Of a stretch of 57,244 bases of DNA, positions 45,356 through 53,990 are shown one piece after another. Made by a program: the position numbers and the translations under genes. Below the pieces are notes generated by a model, which was given only the letters and a program-made list of their open reading frames with translations, was not told where the DNA came from and ran no database searches. The stretch lies in the NCBI GenBank assembly GCA_963578565.1, contig CAUZCX010000001.1:1-57244 (forward strand). The letters run 5' to 3'. This DNA is from Anaerolineae bacterium (GTDB lineage: Bacteria > Chloroflexota > Anaerolineae > Anaerolineales > UBA11657). The first letter of the stretch is position 1. Every line of letters begins with the position of its first letter.

Positions 45356-46360
45356 TCAGTTATCGAAGGGAAGCGCGGTTACTGTCGCCCGCAGCGCGGG
45401 TTCGTAATCTCCCACCGTCATCTCCGCACCCGACATGGCTGCGGCTGGTTTGACCAAGGCGAGACCAATCCATCCTAACCGCGGGGAGTGCACGGTGCTA
45501 GTCACCATGCCGGCGCTGCCGTTGGGTGTGCGTAGCGCGGCACCCCGGGGAAGCTGCTGCCTTGAGCGTAGACCTACCATGGTCTTGGCCAATTTTCCGC
45601 GTGTATCCATGCGCGCAATGATTTCCTGTCCCGTGTAACAGCCTTTGCTGAAACTGATGGCCTCACGTAGTCCTACTTCGAGAGGAATAAAGGCAGGCTC
45701 AATTTCATGGCCCGCTCCGGGCAGTCCAGTCTCCACGCGCAGAATCTCATGCAGGCCTGATGGTGCCATTTCAGCGCCCGCATCCAACGCCCGCTCCTCC
45801 CAGCGTTTCAATACTGTGGTTGATGCGATTACCTCATAACCGATGCCGGACGGCGGGGATCCGCGTAGCAGCCAGGCGTTCTCCTCTAGTGGGAGTGCGA
45901 GGTGGGGTGGCAGTTGGGCCGCAGCGCTTATTAGCTGCGTGGCTACTGTGCTGGCCTGCGTGCCATATAGACCGAACTGTTTTAACTCCGAAGTGGCATC
46001 TTGCAGCTTAATGTCATCCTGAAAGAAAATGAAGCTGCGCAGCCAATGCTGCACTGCTTCTGATTGGCCCGGACTGGTAAGCAACAGTGCGCGCTCCTCC
46101 AGATTAAGCACTAACAGAAGATCCACGATGCGCCCGACCGAGGTAGTAAGCACGGTCGGGCGACTCTCGTACAGGGCCATTGCACTCAGGTCGTTTGTGG
46201 AGAGGCGCTGCAGCAGGTCCAGACGGTCTGTCCCGTACACCCAGATGCGGCCCACCGCGCTGCGGTTGATGATGACGCAGCCGGAACGCGCGATGTGGTA
46301 GCTCTCTGAAAGCTCTCCAGGCGAGGTTGGAGTCATCTCTTTCTGGTCAGAGTTACCCAA
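45356..46360 (-). CDS. ygfZ: Folate-binding YgfZ/GcvT-family protein
   Basis: KGCYTGQEIIARM signature. Confidence 0.8.
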   Translation of the reverse strand: MGNSDQKEMTPTSPGELSESYHIARSGCVIINRSAVGRIWVYGTDRLDLLQRLSTNDLSAMALYESRPTVLTTSVGRIVDLLLVLNLEERALLLTSPGQSEAVQHWLRSFIFFQDDIKLQDATSELKQFGLYGTQASTVATQLISAAAQLPPHLALPLEENAWLLRGSPPSGIGYEVIASTTVLKRWEERALDAGAEMAPSGLHEILRVETGLPGAGHEIEPAFIPLEVGLREAISFSKGCYTGQEIIARMDTRGKLAKTMVGLRSRQQLPRGAALRTPNGSAGMVTSTVHSPRLGWIGLALVKPAAAMSGAEMTVGDYEPALRATVTALPFDN

Positions 46361-46361
46361 G

Positions 46362-47390
46362 TTACATTCCGGCCATTATTTTGTGCAGGGATTCTTCTCG
46401 GGGACGTAATTCGGCCTCGGGGAGGTGCGCGAGTGGGACCTCGGTTAGCATTTCCGTCTCGACTATGCTGGCGCGTCCAGGGTTGCAATATATCAATCCA
46501 GTTACCAATGTCCCTTCCTCCTTGGCGTGTTCCAGCGCCCGTATCGCGGTGACCCGGTCTGAAGGGTCATAGGTCTTATCTAGTTTTCGCAATATTATGT
46601 GAGAACCGTCATGCAGGGTGACGGTTCTGGTTTCGCCTGGTTCATAGTCTGCCGTGATTTCCTCGCGCAGTGGCACATAAGTGATGTCGTGCAGGGGTGC
46701 GTCGTGGTCGCGGACCCATTCGTACCCCTTGGTGGAAGCAGCTGAGTTGTTGAATGCGACGCACGGGCTAATGATATCCAGGAGCGCGGTGCCATTGTAG
46801 CTGATGGCGGCTTTGAGAAGTGGCCTCAGCTGTTTTGGGTCCCCGGCAAACGAGCGAGCCACAAAGCCGCCATCAGATACAATGGCCTCTAGGCATAAAT
46901 CCATAGAGGGCAGTTCGTTTTTACCGTAATATTTTGACATTTGACCATCATCGGCAGTGACTGAGAATTGACCCTTAGTGAGACCATAGACTCCGTTATT
47001 CTCAACGATATAAACCATCGGTGTGTTGCGCCTTATGGTGTGCTTGAACTGCCCGAGGCCGATACTGCCGGTGTCACCATCGCCGCTGATTCCGAGAGTT
47101 ATCAGGTCTCGGTTGGCCAACATTGCCCCGCTCGCTACGGATGGCATGCGCCCATGCAGCGCGTTAAATGCAAATGATCGGTTGAGGAAATATGCTGGGC
47201 TCTTGCTGGAGCAGCCTATGCCACTGATTTTTACTATCTTCTCTGGCTGTAGACCGAGTTCGTAGGCTATGGTGATTATCTGTGATCCAATGGAGATGTG
47301 ACCACAACCGGCGCACAGTGTGGTGTCATCACCGCGGTAATCATTCTTATGCAACCCGATAGCGTTGGTCTTACCGCGTGTGTGTGCCAT
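46362..47390 (-). CDS. korB: 2-oxoacid:ferredoxin oxidoreductase, beta (TPP-binding) subunit
   Basis: CAGCGH near the N-terminus and the GISGDGDTGSIGLGQF TPP motif. Follows the alpha subunit with a 20-nt overlap. Confidence 0.85.
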   Translation of the reverse strand: MAHTRGKTNAIGLHKNDYRGDDTTLCAGCGHISIGSQIITIAYELGLQPEKIVKISGIGCSSKSPAYFLNRSFAFNALHGRMPSVASGAMLANRDLITLGISGDGDTGSIGLGQFKHTIRRNTPMVYIVENNGVYGLTKGQFSVTADDGQMSKYYGKNELPSMDLCLEAIVSDGGFVARSFAGDPKQLRPLLKAAISYNGTALLDIISPCVAFNNSAASTKGYEWVRDHDAPLHDITYVPLREEITADYEPGETRTVTLHDGSHIILRKLDKTYDPSDRVTAIRALEHAKEEGTLVTGLIYCNPGRASIVETEMLTEVPLAHLPEAELRPREESLHKIMAGM

Positions 47391-49245
47391 ATTTATCGCC
47401 CTCCTTTGCTAGCACCGCTGTCACTATCCAGTTTGCAGTCAATGGTTGACCGTCGCAGTGAGCCAGCGAGCACAGCCCTACAGCCAGTGTGGGTAACTGC
47501 AGCTGTATGAGTTTGTGCAGCTGTCCGTCAACATTCATTTCGATCACATAAACCCGGTCATGTGCTTCTACAAAATCTCGTATAGTCGCGCTTGCGGGCA
47601 GTGCACGTAGGCGCAGGTAGCTGCTTGTAACCCCGGCGGCAGCCAGAAGGTCTCGTGCCTCAGTAATAGGTGGGTCAGTTGATCCGAAACCGATGAGCCC
47701 AATGTTTGAGTTTGGCTCTAACACTGTCACCGGCAGCGGCAACTGTTCGCGGGCTGTCTCGAACTTCTTTTGTAGCCGCGCCATGTTGTCTAAATAGTCT
47801 TGGCTGTCCTCACTATAGTTGGCTGCTGCGTTGTGGCCGCTACCGCGTGTGAAGTATGCCGCTCCCGCCTGCTCGGTTCCGGGTATGGTTCGATAGGGGA
47901 TGCCGTCGCCGTCCACATCGAGATAGCGCTGAAATCCGTTGGACGCGACCTGTTCAGCAGTGAGAACTTTTCCACGATCCATAGACTGTTCCGGGTAATT
48001 GAAAGGTTCTGTCATCCAGGAGTTCATGCCCAAATCAAGGTCGCTGAGCACGAACACTGGGGTCTGGTAGCGATCAGCAATGTCGAAGGCACGCCAGCCA
48101 AACTCGAAGCATTCGGCTGCGTTTCCGGGTAACAGGCATATGTGCTTTGTGTCGCCGTGCCCAGACCAATAGCAAGCGGTCACGTCACCCTGGGATACAC
48201 GCGTGGGTAAGCCGGTGCTCGGGCCCATGCGCTGTATGTTCCAGATGACTGCCGGAATCTCGGCGTAATAACCAAAACCGGCGAATTCGGACATCAAGCT
48301 GATGCCCGGTCCGGATGTGGCAGTCATCGCACGCGCTCCAGCCCAACCCGCCCCAATTACCATGCCTATGGCAGCAAGTTCGTCTTCGGCTTGCACGATT
48401 GCGTAAGTGGCTTTGCCCTCATTATCTGTGCGAAGCATTTTCGCATAATGGGATAGATTGTCTGCTAGGCTAGTAGATGGCGTGATAGGATACCATGACA
48501 TCACTGTCATACCGCCGTAAATGGCGCCGAGCGCTGCGGCCGAGTTACCGTCAATCATTATCAAGCCTTCAGTGGCGCTGCTGCGCTTAATTTGGTAGGG
48601 ATCCGTTTTTGTGAGGTGTTGCGCTGCCCATTCTGCGGCGGATCTGATGACGCTAATATTATTATGGACAAGCTTGTCTCGGTTTGAGAAATGCCATTGC
48701 AGCGCAGCCTCTATCTCGGTCAGATCTATGCCGAGGATTTGCGATAGCACGCCGATGTATACCATGTTAGCAATGTATGTGCGCATTGATGTGGATACGT
48801 CCGCCTGTTTGGAAAGCTGCTTTACTGGCATGGGATAGTAAGTCAGGTCGTCGCGTGTCAGTTCATAGCCGGCGCTTTCAGGGTAAAAACATACGCCACC
48901 AGCTTCTACTTTGGCGAGGTCACTGGTCGCAGTTTCTGGATTCATTAGCACTGCGATTTCCACCTGCTCGCGCCGGGCTACGTAACCATCTTGGCTGCAG
49001 CGGATGGTGTACCATGTGGGCATGCCCTGTATGTTGGAGGGGAATAGGTTTTTACCGTTGCTGGGTATGCCCATCTTGAAGAGGGCGCGCAGCAGTACCA
49101 GATTGGATGTCTGGCTGCCTGAACCGTTGGGAGTTGCTACCAGAATGGAAAAGTCGTTTATCACCTGGCTATCCTGTTTCGCTTCAGTTGCGCTGCTGTA
49201 GGTTTTGATATCTTTGACGGCCATGTGTTCTCCGGCGCTTTGCAT
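47371..49245 (-). CDS. korA: 2-oxoacid:ferredoxin oxidoreductase, alpha subunit (gamma-alpha fused type)
   Basis: A 624-aa protein with an N-terminal POR gamma-like domain (LVATPNGSGSQTSN) and then a pyrimidine-binding domain (GNSAAALGAIYGG...WYPITPST). The start may instead be ATG 49227. Confidence 0.85.
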   Translation of the reverse strand: MQSAGEHMAVKDIKTYSSATEAKQDSQVINDFSILVATPNGSGSQTSNLVLLRALFKMGIPSNGKNLFPSNIQGMPTWYTIRCSQDGYVARREQVEIAVLMNPETATSDLAKVEAGGVCFYPESAGYELTRDDLTYYPMPVKQLSKQADVSTSMRTYIANMVYIGVLSQILGIDLTEIEAALQWHFSNRDKLVHNNISVIRSAAEWAAQHLTKTDPYQIKRSSATEGLIMIDGNSAAALGAIYGGMTVMSWYPITPSTSLADNLSHYAKMLRTDNEGKATYAIVQAEDELAAIGMVIGAGWAGARAMTATSGPGISLMSEFAGFGYYAEIPAVIWNIQRMGPSTGLPTRVSQGDVTACYWSGHGDTKHICLLPGNAAECFEFGWRAFDIADRYQTPVFVLSDLDLGMNSWMTEPFNYPEQSMDRGKVLTAEQVASNGFQRYLDVDGDGIPYRTIPGTEQAGAAYFTRGSGHNAAANYSEDSQDYLDNMARLQKKFETAREQLPLPVTVLEPNSNIGLIGFGSTDPPITEARDLLAAAGVTSSYLRLRALPASATIRDFVEAHDRVYVIEMNVDGQLHKLIQLQLPTLAVGLCSLAHCDGQPLTANWIVTAVLAKEGDKYGTHTR

Positions 49246-49265
49246 GGTTATGGGTGCAGTCGTGA

Positions 49266-49949
49266 TTACGAATCCTGCGGCGGGGAAGTATCCCGTGCGC
49301 GGAGCAGCTCGGTGTGCTCTACAAGTGCGCGGCGCGCGGAGGTGATATCACCATTGATAATGCCGGCAACGATCTGCGCATGGTAGTCCCATACCTCGCG
49401 AAGATAATCGATATCCGCGTAAACATTTAGTTCCACCGCCTCGTATGCTTCCCAGTATGCTTCCAGTAGGCCGTGCACGAACGGGTTCTGCAACCTCTGG
49501 AAAATCCCCATATGCAAGGCGCGGTGCTCCTGATGCGGAATGCGGATGGGCTCACCGTCCAGTTTCCGCCGTGCGGCCTGCACCAGGTAGTTCAGCGCGG
49601 ATTTGTCTGCGTTAGTCAATTGCGCCACTGCCTCTGGAAAAAAACTAACCTCCACGTGGTGACGTAGTGCGCTGAATGCACCAAAAAGGTTACTATCTAG
49701 TGCTAGTGCGAACAGTAAGCTGAGTTTTATGGCTGGCAAAAAAGTGTATTCAGAGCATTGAATGCCGGAGCGTGGCTTGACCTCCACAAGGCCGAGATGG
49801 CGAGCTACTTCCAGCTGCTCACGCAGTTTGCTCATGCTCAATCCTAGCTGTAGCTTTAGCTTTTCCAGTGGGGGCAGCCGGTCACCCGGCCGGCAGGCGT
49901 TCGTGACCAGATAACGCAGAAAGTCAGAATCGATCTTGGATGCGATCAT
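49266..49949 (-). CDS. GntR-family transcriptional regulator with an FCD-type C-terminal domain
   Basis: wHTH RLPPLEKLKLQLGLSMSKLREQLEVARHLGLVEVKPRSGI and an all-helical C-terminal domain. Confidence 0.75.
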   Translation of the reverse strand: MIASKIDSDFLRYLVTNACRPGDRLPPLEKLKLQLGLSMSKLREQLEVARHLGLVEVKPRSGIQCSEYTFLPAIKLSLLFALALDSNLFGAFSALRHHVEVSFFPEAVAQLTNADKSALNYLVQAARRKLDGEPIRIPHQEHRALHMGIFQRLQNPFVHGLLEAYWEAYEAVELNVYADIDYLREVWDYHAQIVAGIINGDITSARRALVEHTELLRARDTSPPQDS

Positions 49950-50106
49950 GTGGCGCAGTGTATTATTTTAACTATAATAATCTGATTATACTGATTATAG
50001 CGCTGATTTGTGGCTGCTGTCAATCCGCGAATCTGTGCGTTACATCTCTTTGTTTCCCGGGGCGTGGTATACTCGCTGGCGCTGTGAGTACTGTGGAGGT
50101 GTATCG

Positions 50107-50331
50107 ATGGTGAGTGAGGAATTGTTGGAAATTCTGCGCTGTCCGGCATGCGTGCAGGAGGCCGAAGGGGCGCTGGAAATGACGCACGACACGTGGCTGG
50201 TTTGTCAGGAAGAGGGTTGCGGCCGCAAGTACCCAATCCGGGATGACATTCCGGTGATGCTGATCGATGAGGGCGATAAGTGGGCGCAAACGGCTGTGGC
50301 TGATCTTCCGGTGCCGCCGCCGGCAGACTGA
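50107..50331 (+). CDS. Trm112-family small zinc-ribbon protein
   Basis: LLEILRCPAC...LVCQEEGCGRKYPIRDDIPVMLIDE. ATG 50107 lies inside the longer track ORF. TGgTATACT extended -10 at 50065-50073. Confidence 0.75.
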   Translation: MVSEELLEILRCPACVQEAEGALEMTHDTWLVCQEEGCGRKYPIRDDIPVMLIDEGDKWAQTAVADLPVPPPAD

Positions 50332-50376
50332 TTGTCGTACCATCATATTCATCCTCCTGCTCATGTCCCCGCGGCT

Positions 50377-50949
50377 ATGAGCCTACGGAGGTTGCTGAAG
50401 CAACTCAATTGCGGCGACGACGAACTTGCGGAGGTGGCTGCGAAGGCGCTCCCCGAGTTTGGAGACTATGCACTGGCCGCACTGAGAGATCTGTGCGCCA
50501 GCGAGAAGGTGGATTCACGCTGGTGGGCTACTCGCGTGCTGGGTGAGTTTCCGGGTCCCGAAGCGACTGATCTTCTGGTTAAACTCCTGAAAGATGAAGA
50601 TGCGGAGGTGTGTGCCGTGGCGATCTTATCGCTCGGACAGAGGGACGACCCGGCCGCCGTGAATCCTTTGGCCGCTATATTGATGGAATCGGACGGATAC
50701 CTAGCGCGTCATGCTGCAGATGCGCTGGCGCGGCTGGGAGATCCGGCTTCGCCCGCTCTGGTTGATGCGTTGATCGCTGACGATCCCGGCGTGCGCGCGA
50801 ATGCCGCTCGGGCATTGGCGCGTTTTAGCGACGGCGCGGCTGTTCCGGCTCTGGCCAAGGCGCTGGAAGACCAATCTGCGGTTGTTGCTCATTGGGCCGC
50901 AGTCGCGCTCGAGAGGCGGGGGGTTGGTATGCTTTTTTTTGAGCCGTAA
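50377..50949 (+). CDS. HEAT-repeat (PBS-lyase-type) protein
   Basis: Repeated xxVRxxAxxALGxxGDPxAVPxL units (for example RWWATRVLGEFPGPEATDLLVKLLKD and GVRANAARALARFSDGAAVPALAKAL). ATG 50377 is preferred; the track starts at TTG 50332. Confidence 0.7.
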   Translation: MSLRRLLKQLNCGDDELAEVAAKALPEFGDYALAALRDLCASEKVDSRWWATRVLGEFPGPEATDLLVKLLKDEDAEVCAVAILSLGQRDDPAAVNPLAAILMESDGYLARHAADALARLGDPASPALVDALIADDPGVRANAARALARFSDGAAVPALAKALEDQSAVVAHWAAVALERRGVGMLFFEP

Positions 50950-50956
50950 TGTTGCA

Positions 50957-51450
50957 TCAACCTCGCCATACCCACTCTATCCACACCCCCATCATCAGCA
51001 TCGCCGCCGCTACCTCCAGTAGATATCCAGCCCCGAATCCGAGCAGGAGGCCTCGGGTGGCTTTCCATGCTTTCGTTTTGTCGCGCGTGCGGCTGTATTC
51101 GGTGAAGTAAATTCCGAGCACTCCACCGATTATGCGCCGATGAGGGGTAATACGAAAAACCCCATTACTGCTAGTGTCAGCCCGAGCAGCATGGACTGGC
51201 GCGAGGCTCCGCCCCGGATAGATCCGGACTTTGCGAGCCAGAGCCTCACTGTCCCGGAAGCGATAGCTAGCAGTGCCATCGTTACCAATAATTGGCCGCC
51301 GCGCTCTCCGGAGCCGTTCAGTAAACAATAGCCTGCCGCCACGAGTAAGATCAGCGTTGGTCCGGGCAGCACGGAAACTATTGTGCCCGCAAGGCCCATC
51401 AGCATCACCAGTCCGGTGAGAATAAGGATCAGTAATTCTGAGATTGGCAT
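50957..51450 (-). pseudogene. DUF456-family membrane protein gene interrupted by a frameshift
   Basis: The N-terminal 106 aa (51130-51450, MPISELLILILTGLVMLMGLAGTIVSVLPGP...VLPLIGA*) and the C-terminal part in another frame (IIGGVLGIYFTEY...GFGAGYLLEVAAAMLMMGVWIEW, ending 50957) together give a normal DUF456 protein. The junction GGCGCATAATCGG (minus strand, near 51130-51140) needs +1 nt or -2 nt to restore the frame. Confidence 0.65.
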
Positions 51451-51462
51451 TGCAACCTCTCG

Positions 51463-52731
51463 TTATGCGCTGATCACAACCTCGCCCGGCATCCACTGGC
51501 GCAGCACCTCTGGGATTACCACGCTTCCATCGGCCTGCTGGTAGTTCTCAAGTACGGCTATGAGTGTGCGAGGCAGGCCGAGGCCAGACCCGTTCAACGT
51601 GTGCACGAACGTCGGCTTGGCGCCTTTCTTTGGCCTGAACCGCGTGTTGGCGCGGCGTGCCTGGAAGTCACCACAATTGGATACCGAGGATACTTCCAAC
51701 CACTCATCGCAGCCTGGTGACCATGCCTCGATGTCGTAAGTGATGCGCGAACTGAATCCCAGATCCCCGCTGCATAGCTGACGTACGCGGTAGGGTAACC
51801 CGAGCTCCACGCAGGTCTGCTCCGCGTCGGCGACCAATTTGTGAAGCGCGTCTGATGATTGGTCTGGTCGGGTGAAGGCATACATCTCCACTTTGTCGAA
51901 CTGGTGCCCGCGCTTGATTCCGCGTACGTCCTTACCTGCGGCTACCTTCTCGCGGCGGAAGCACGGCGTGTATGCAGTGTAGTAGCGCGGTAGCTCGTCC
52001 GTGGATAGGATTTCATCTCGATGAAGATTTGTGAGCGGGACTTCCGCGGTCGTTACCAACCAGGCGTCATCCTCGGCGTCGTGGTAGATGTTGTCGGCGA
52101 ATTTGGGCAGTTGGCCGGCGGCTTCAAAGTTCACCTCTTTCACTATGAAAGGCAGATATCGCTCTGCATAACCCTGCCGCTCGTGCTGTGCCAGCATGAA
52201 ACTGATAAGCGCGCGCTGCAGGCGTGCACCGGCGCCATTGAGCACGTAAAACCTCGAACCGCTCAATTTAACTCCGCGCTCGAAATCGATGATTCCCAAT
52301 TCATAACCGATTTCCCAGTGTGGTTTTGGGTAGAAATCGAAATCTCGCCGTACTCCGACCTCGCGCATAGTCACATTGTGCTCATCACTCTCGCCGTGCG
52401 GCGTGCCAGGTTCCGGCATGTTAGGGATTTCCAGCATGAGGGCGCGGAGCCTATTTTCGACTGCGCGTACCTGCTCATCCAGGCTGGATATGCGGTCGCC
52501 GACGGCGCGCATTTCCGTGATGCGATTCTCTAGATCGGTGGCAGCCTTCATACGGCCGATTTCCTTGGAGACGCGATTGCGCTCAGATTTGAGCGTCTCG
52601 GTCTGTTGCAGCAGCTCACGTCGCTCAACGTCCAACGCCAGCACGTCCTCCAGGTTTGCCTCGGCATTACGCAGCGAGAGCGCGGCTCTCACTTGTTCTG
52701 GCTGTTGGCGGATGAAATTGATGTCAAGCAT
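51463..52731 (-). CDS. serS: Seryl-tRNA synthetase
   Basis: MLDINFIRQQPEQV, a coiled-coil arm, and class II motifs (FRRE...G, GSGLGLPRTLIAVLENYQ). ATG 52731 with a GGAG 8 nt upstream. Confidence 0.92.
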   Translation of the reverse strand: MLDINFIRQQPEQVRAALSLRNAEANLEDVLALDVERRELLQQTETLKSERNRVSKEIGRMKAATDLENRITEMRAVGDRISSLDEQVRAVENRLRALMLEIPNMPEPGTPHGESDEHNVTMREVGVRRDFDFYPKPHWEIGYELGIIDFERGVKLSGSRFYVLNGAGARLQRALISFMLAQHERQGYAERYLPFIVKEVNFEAAGQLPKFADNIYHDAEDDAWLVTTAEVPLTNLHRDEILSTDELPRYYTAYTPCFRREKVAAGKDVRGIKRGHQFDKVEMYAFTRPDQSSDALHKLVADAEQTCVELGLPYRVRQLCSGDLGFSSRITYDIEAWSPGCDEWLEVSSVSNCGDFQARRANTRFRPKKGAKPTFVHTLNGSGLGLPRTLIAVLENYQQADGSVVIPEVLRQWMPGEVVISA

Positions 52732-52734
52732 GGT

Positions 52735-52992
52735 AGTCTCCGCGTTGTAACAAGATACAAACAGCCCCGCATCCATGGTAGGACGGGGCCCCCCTCGTGG
52801 TTCCAGCTACCTTCGTTAGGCATAACCCCTGACCTCATTCAGGGTTAACGGGTGTTCCCAGCCGACCTTTCGGTGCCGGCTTTGCTGGAGTGGAACCGTC
52901 AGGACACCCCACTGTCTTGCAGCCACCGGCAGCTCTCTGCACGGGTGTTTCCGTGGCGATGGGTCTTCATTGGCCATTATGTGTTGTGAAGT
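52735..52992 (-). promoter_or_regulatory. Candidate T-box leader (tRNA-sensing riboswitch) of serS
   Basis: Read on the minus strand. AGAGAG bulge (complement of 52933-52938) inside an ACACCC/GGGGUGU helix. GNRA-capped hairpin at 52858-52888. Hairpin UAACCCUGA/UCAGGGgUUA at 52823-52847. T-box core AGC-UGGAACC-ACG (complement of 52794-52807) flanked by GGUAG/CUACC, the antiterminator geometry. A competing GCCCCG/CGGGGC hairpin (52764-52789) is followed by UGUUUGUAUCUUGUU, then the SD and ATG. Confidence 0.6.
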
Positions 52993-52998
52993 GGGATG

Positions 52999-53028
52999 AT
53001 TATAAGCGCGTCTTGGCTGCTTGTGCAA
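52999..53028 (-). promoter_or_regulatory. Candidate sigma-70-type promoter for the serS leader
   Basis: Minus strand TTGCAC (53023-53028), an 18-nt spacer, then TATAAT (52999-53004). Confidence 0.45.
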
Positions 53029-53087
53029 ATTGCGCTTGTTGTCGGCTGGGGCGGATTGATTGCAGATGGATTTGTGTAACAGCGTTG

Positions 53088-53912
53088 TCAGGACTCTTTG
53101 CGAAACTGTAGGCAGTAATGGTGAAAGGTATTACTTACCCATGCGCTACCCATCCCGTATGGCGCAAGGCGTTGATTATCCTGACACCAAATACGTTCGT
53201 CCTTTAACGCGAAGATCTTGCTGAGCTCTCGGGCAAGATCCCAGGCGAGTGGATAAATCCTGCCACCTTTCTTAATGTTTTTTACTATTATCGTAAGATA
53301 CGCATTTGCCTTCATCAGTGGGTGAAGAGATGTGTATATGTCACAGAGCTGTATAAGGAACTCGTCGTAATCCTGTATGTTGCCCAGATCGCGCTGGTCA
53401 TTAGAGTAAAAGACATCTAGATCCGCAGCGGCGCGACGATTCTTTTGTGTATTAGAGCCACGCATGTGCAGCATGTCCCAGTATGGAGGTGATGTGATGA
53501 CATAATCTATTGGGGGCAGCGATTGCCTGAAAGCGGTTCTACAGTCAGCATGGATGACCGAAGCCGAAACTCCTTTGGCGGCACAACCCAATGTGGCTTG
53601 TTCGGCTGCGACCACTTGCCGGGCTATGGCAGTGTATTTCTCGCTGAGCTCAATGCCTATACCGTTACGTCCACTGTGCAGGCACGCAACGAGAGTGCTG
53701 CCGGTTCCCGCCATTGGGTCGAGCACGATGTCTCCCGCCTTGGTGAAGAACTCTATGAAGCTTTGAACGAGCGTCTCCGGGAATTTTGCTGGATGACGGA
53801 TCACACCTTTCTTGCGCGGCGGTGGGTTGTGGATGAACCATGATTTCTGGAATTGCAGCCATGCCTTTGGGTTGAGTTCGTTGAGTCGGTTCCGGAATGG
53901 CTTTTTTCGCAT
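53088..53912 (-). CDS. DNA (N4-cytosine or N6-adenine) methyltransferase with motif order X-I...IV
   Basis: RHPAKFPETLV (motif X-like), VLDPMAGTGSTLVA (motif I), then about 60 aa later ITSPPYWDM (motif IV, SPPY). ATG 53912 is preferred; the track starts at GTG 53960. Confidence 0.8.
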   Translation of the reverse strand: MRKKPFRNRLNELNPKAWLQFQKSWFIHNPPPRKKGVIRHPAKFPETLVQSFIEFFTKAGDIVLDPMAGTGSTLVACLHSGRNGIGIELSEKYTAIARQVVAAEQATLGCAAKGVSASVIHADCRTAFRQSLPPIDYVITSPPYWDMLHMRGSNTQKNRRAAADLDVFYSNDQRDLGNIQDYDEFLIQLCDIYTSLHPLMKANAYLTIIVKNIKKGGRIYPLAWDLARELSKIFALKDERIWCQDNQRLAPYGMGSAWVSNTFHHYCLQFRKES

Positions 53913-53990
53913 GTTAGCGACGGTCTGGTTCAATATATGACCGTGGGAGGATTGTAGCACGGTTGCCGCGCCCGCGGCTATAATGTTGAG

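Noticed and set aside
50957-51496. 179-aa ORF taken as one gene overlapping the serS 3' end.
   Set aside because: Only its C-terminal roughly 60 aa look like a real DUF456 membrane protein. The N-terminal part is Arg/Gly-rich read-through of the wrong frame. It is better explained as the second half of a frameshifted DUF456 gene.
52790-52960. SRP (4.5S) RNA-like string GUCAGG...GCAGCC on the + strand between serS and the methyltransferase.
   Set aside because: There is no GGAA tetraloop or symmetric-loop motif of SRP domain IV. The region reads far better on the minus strand as a T-box leader of serS.
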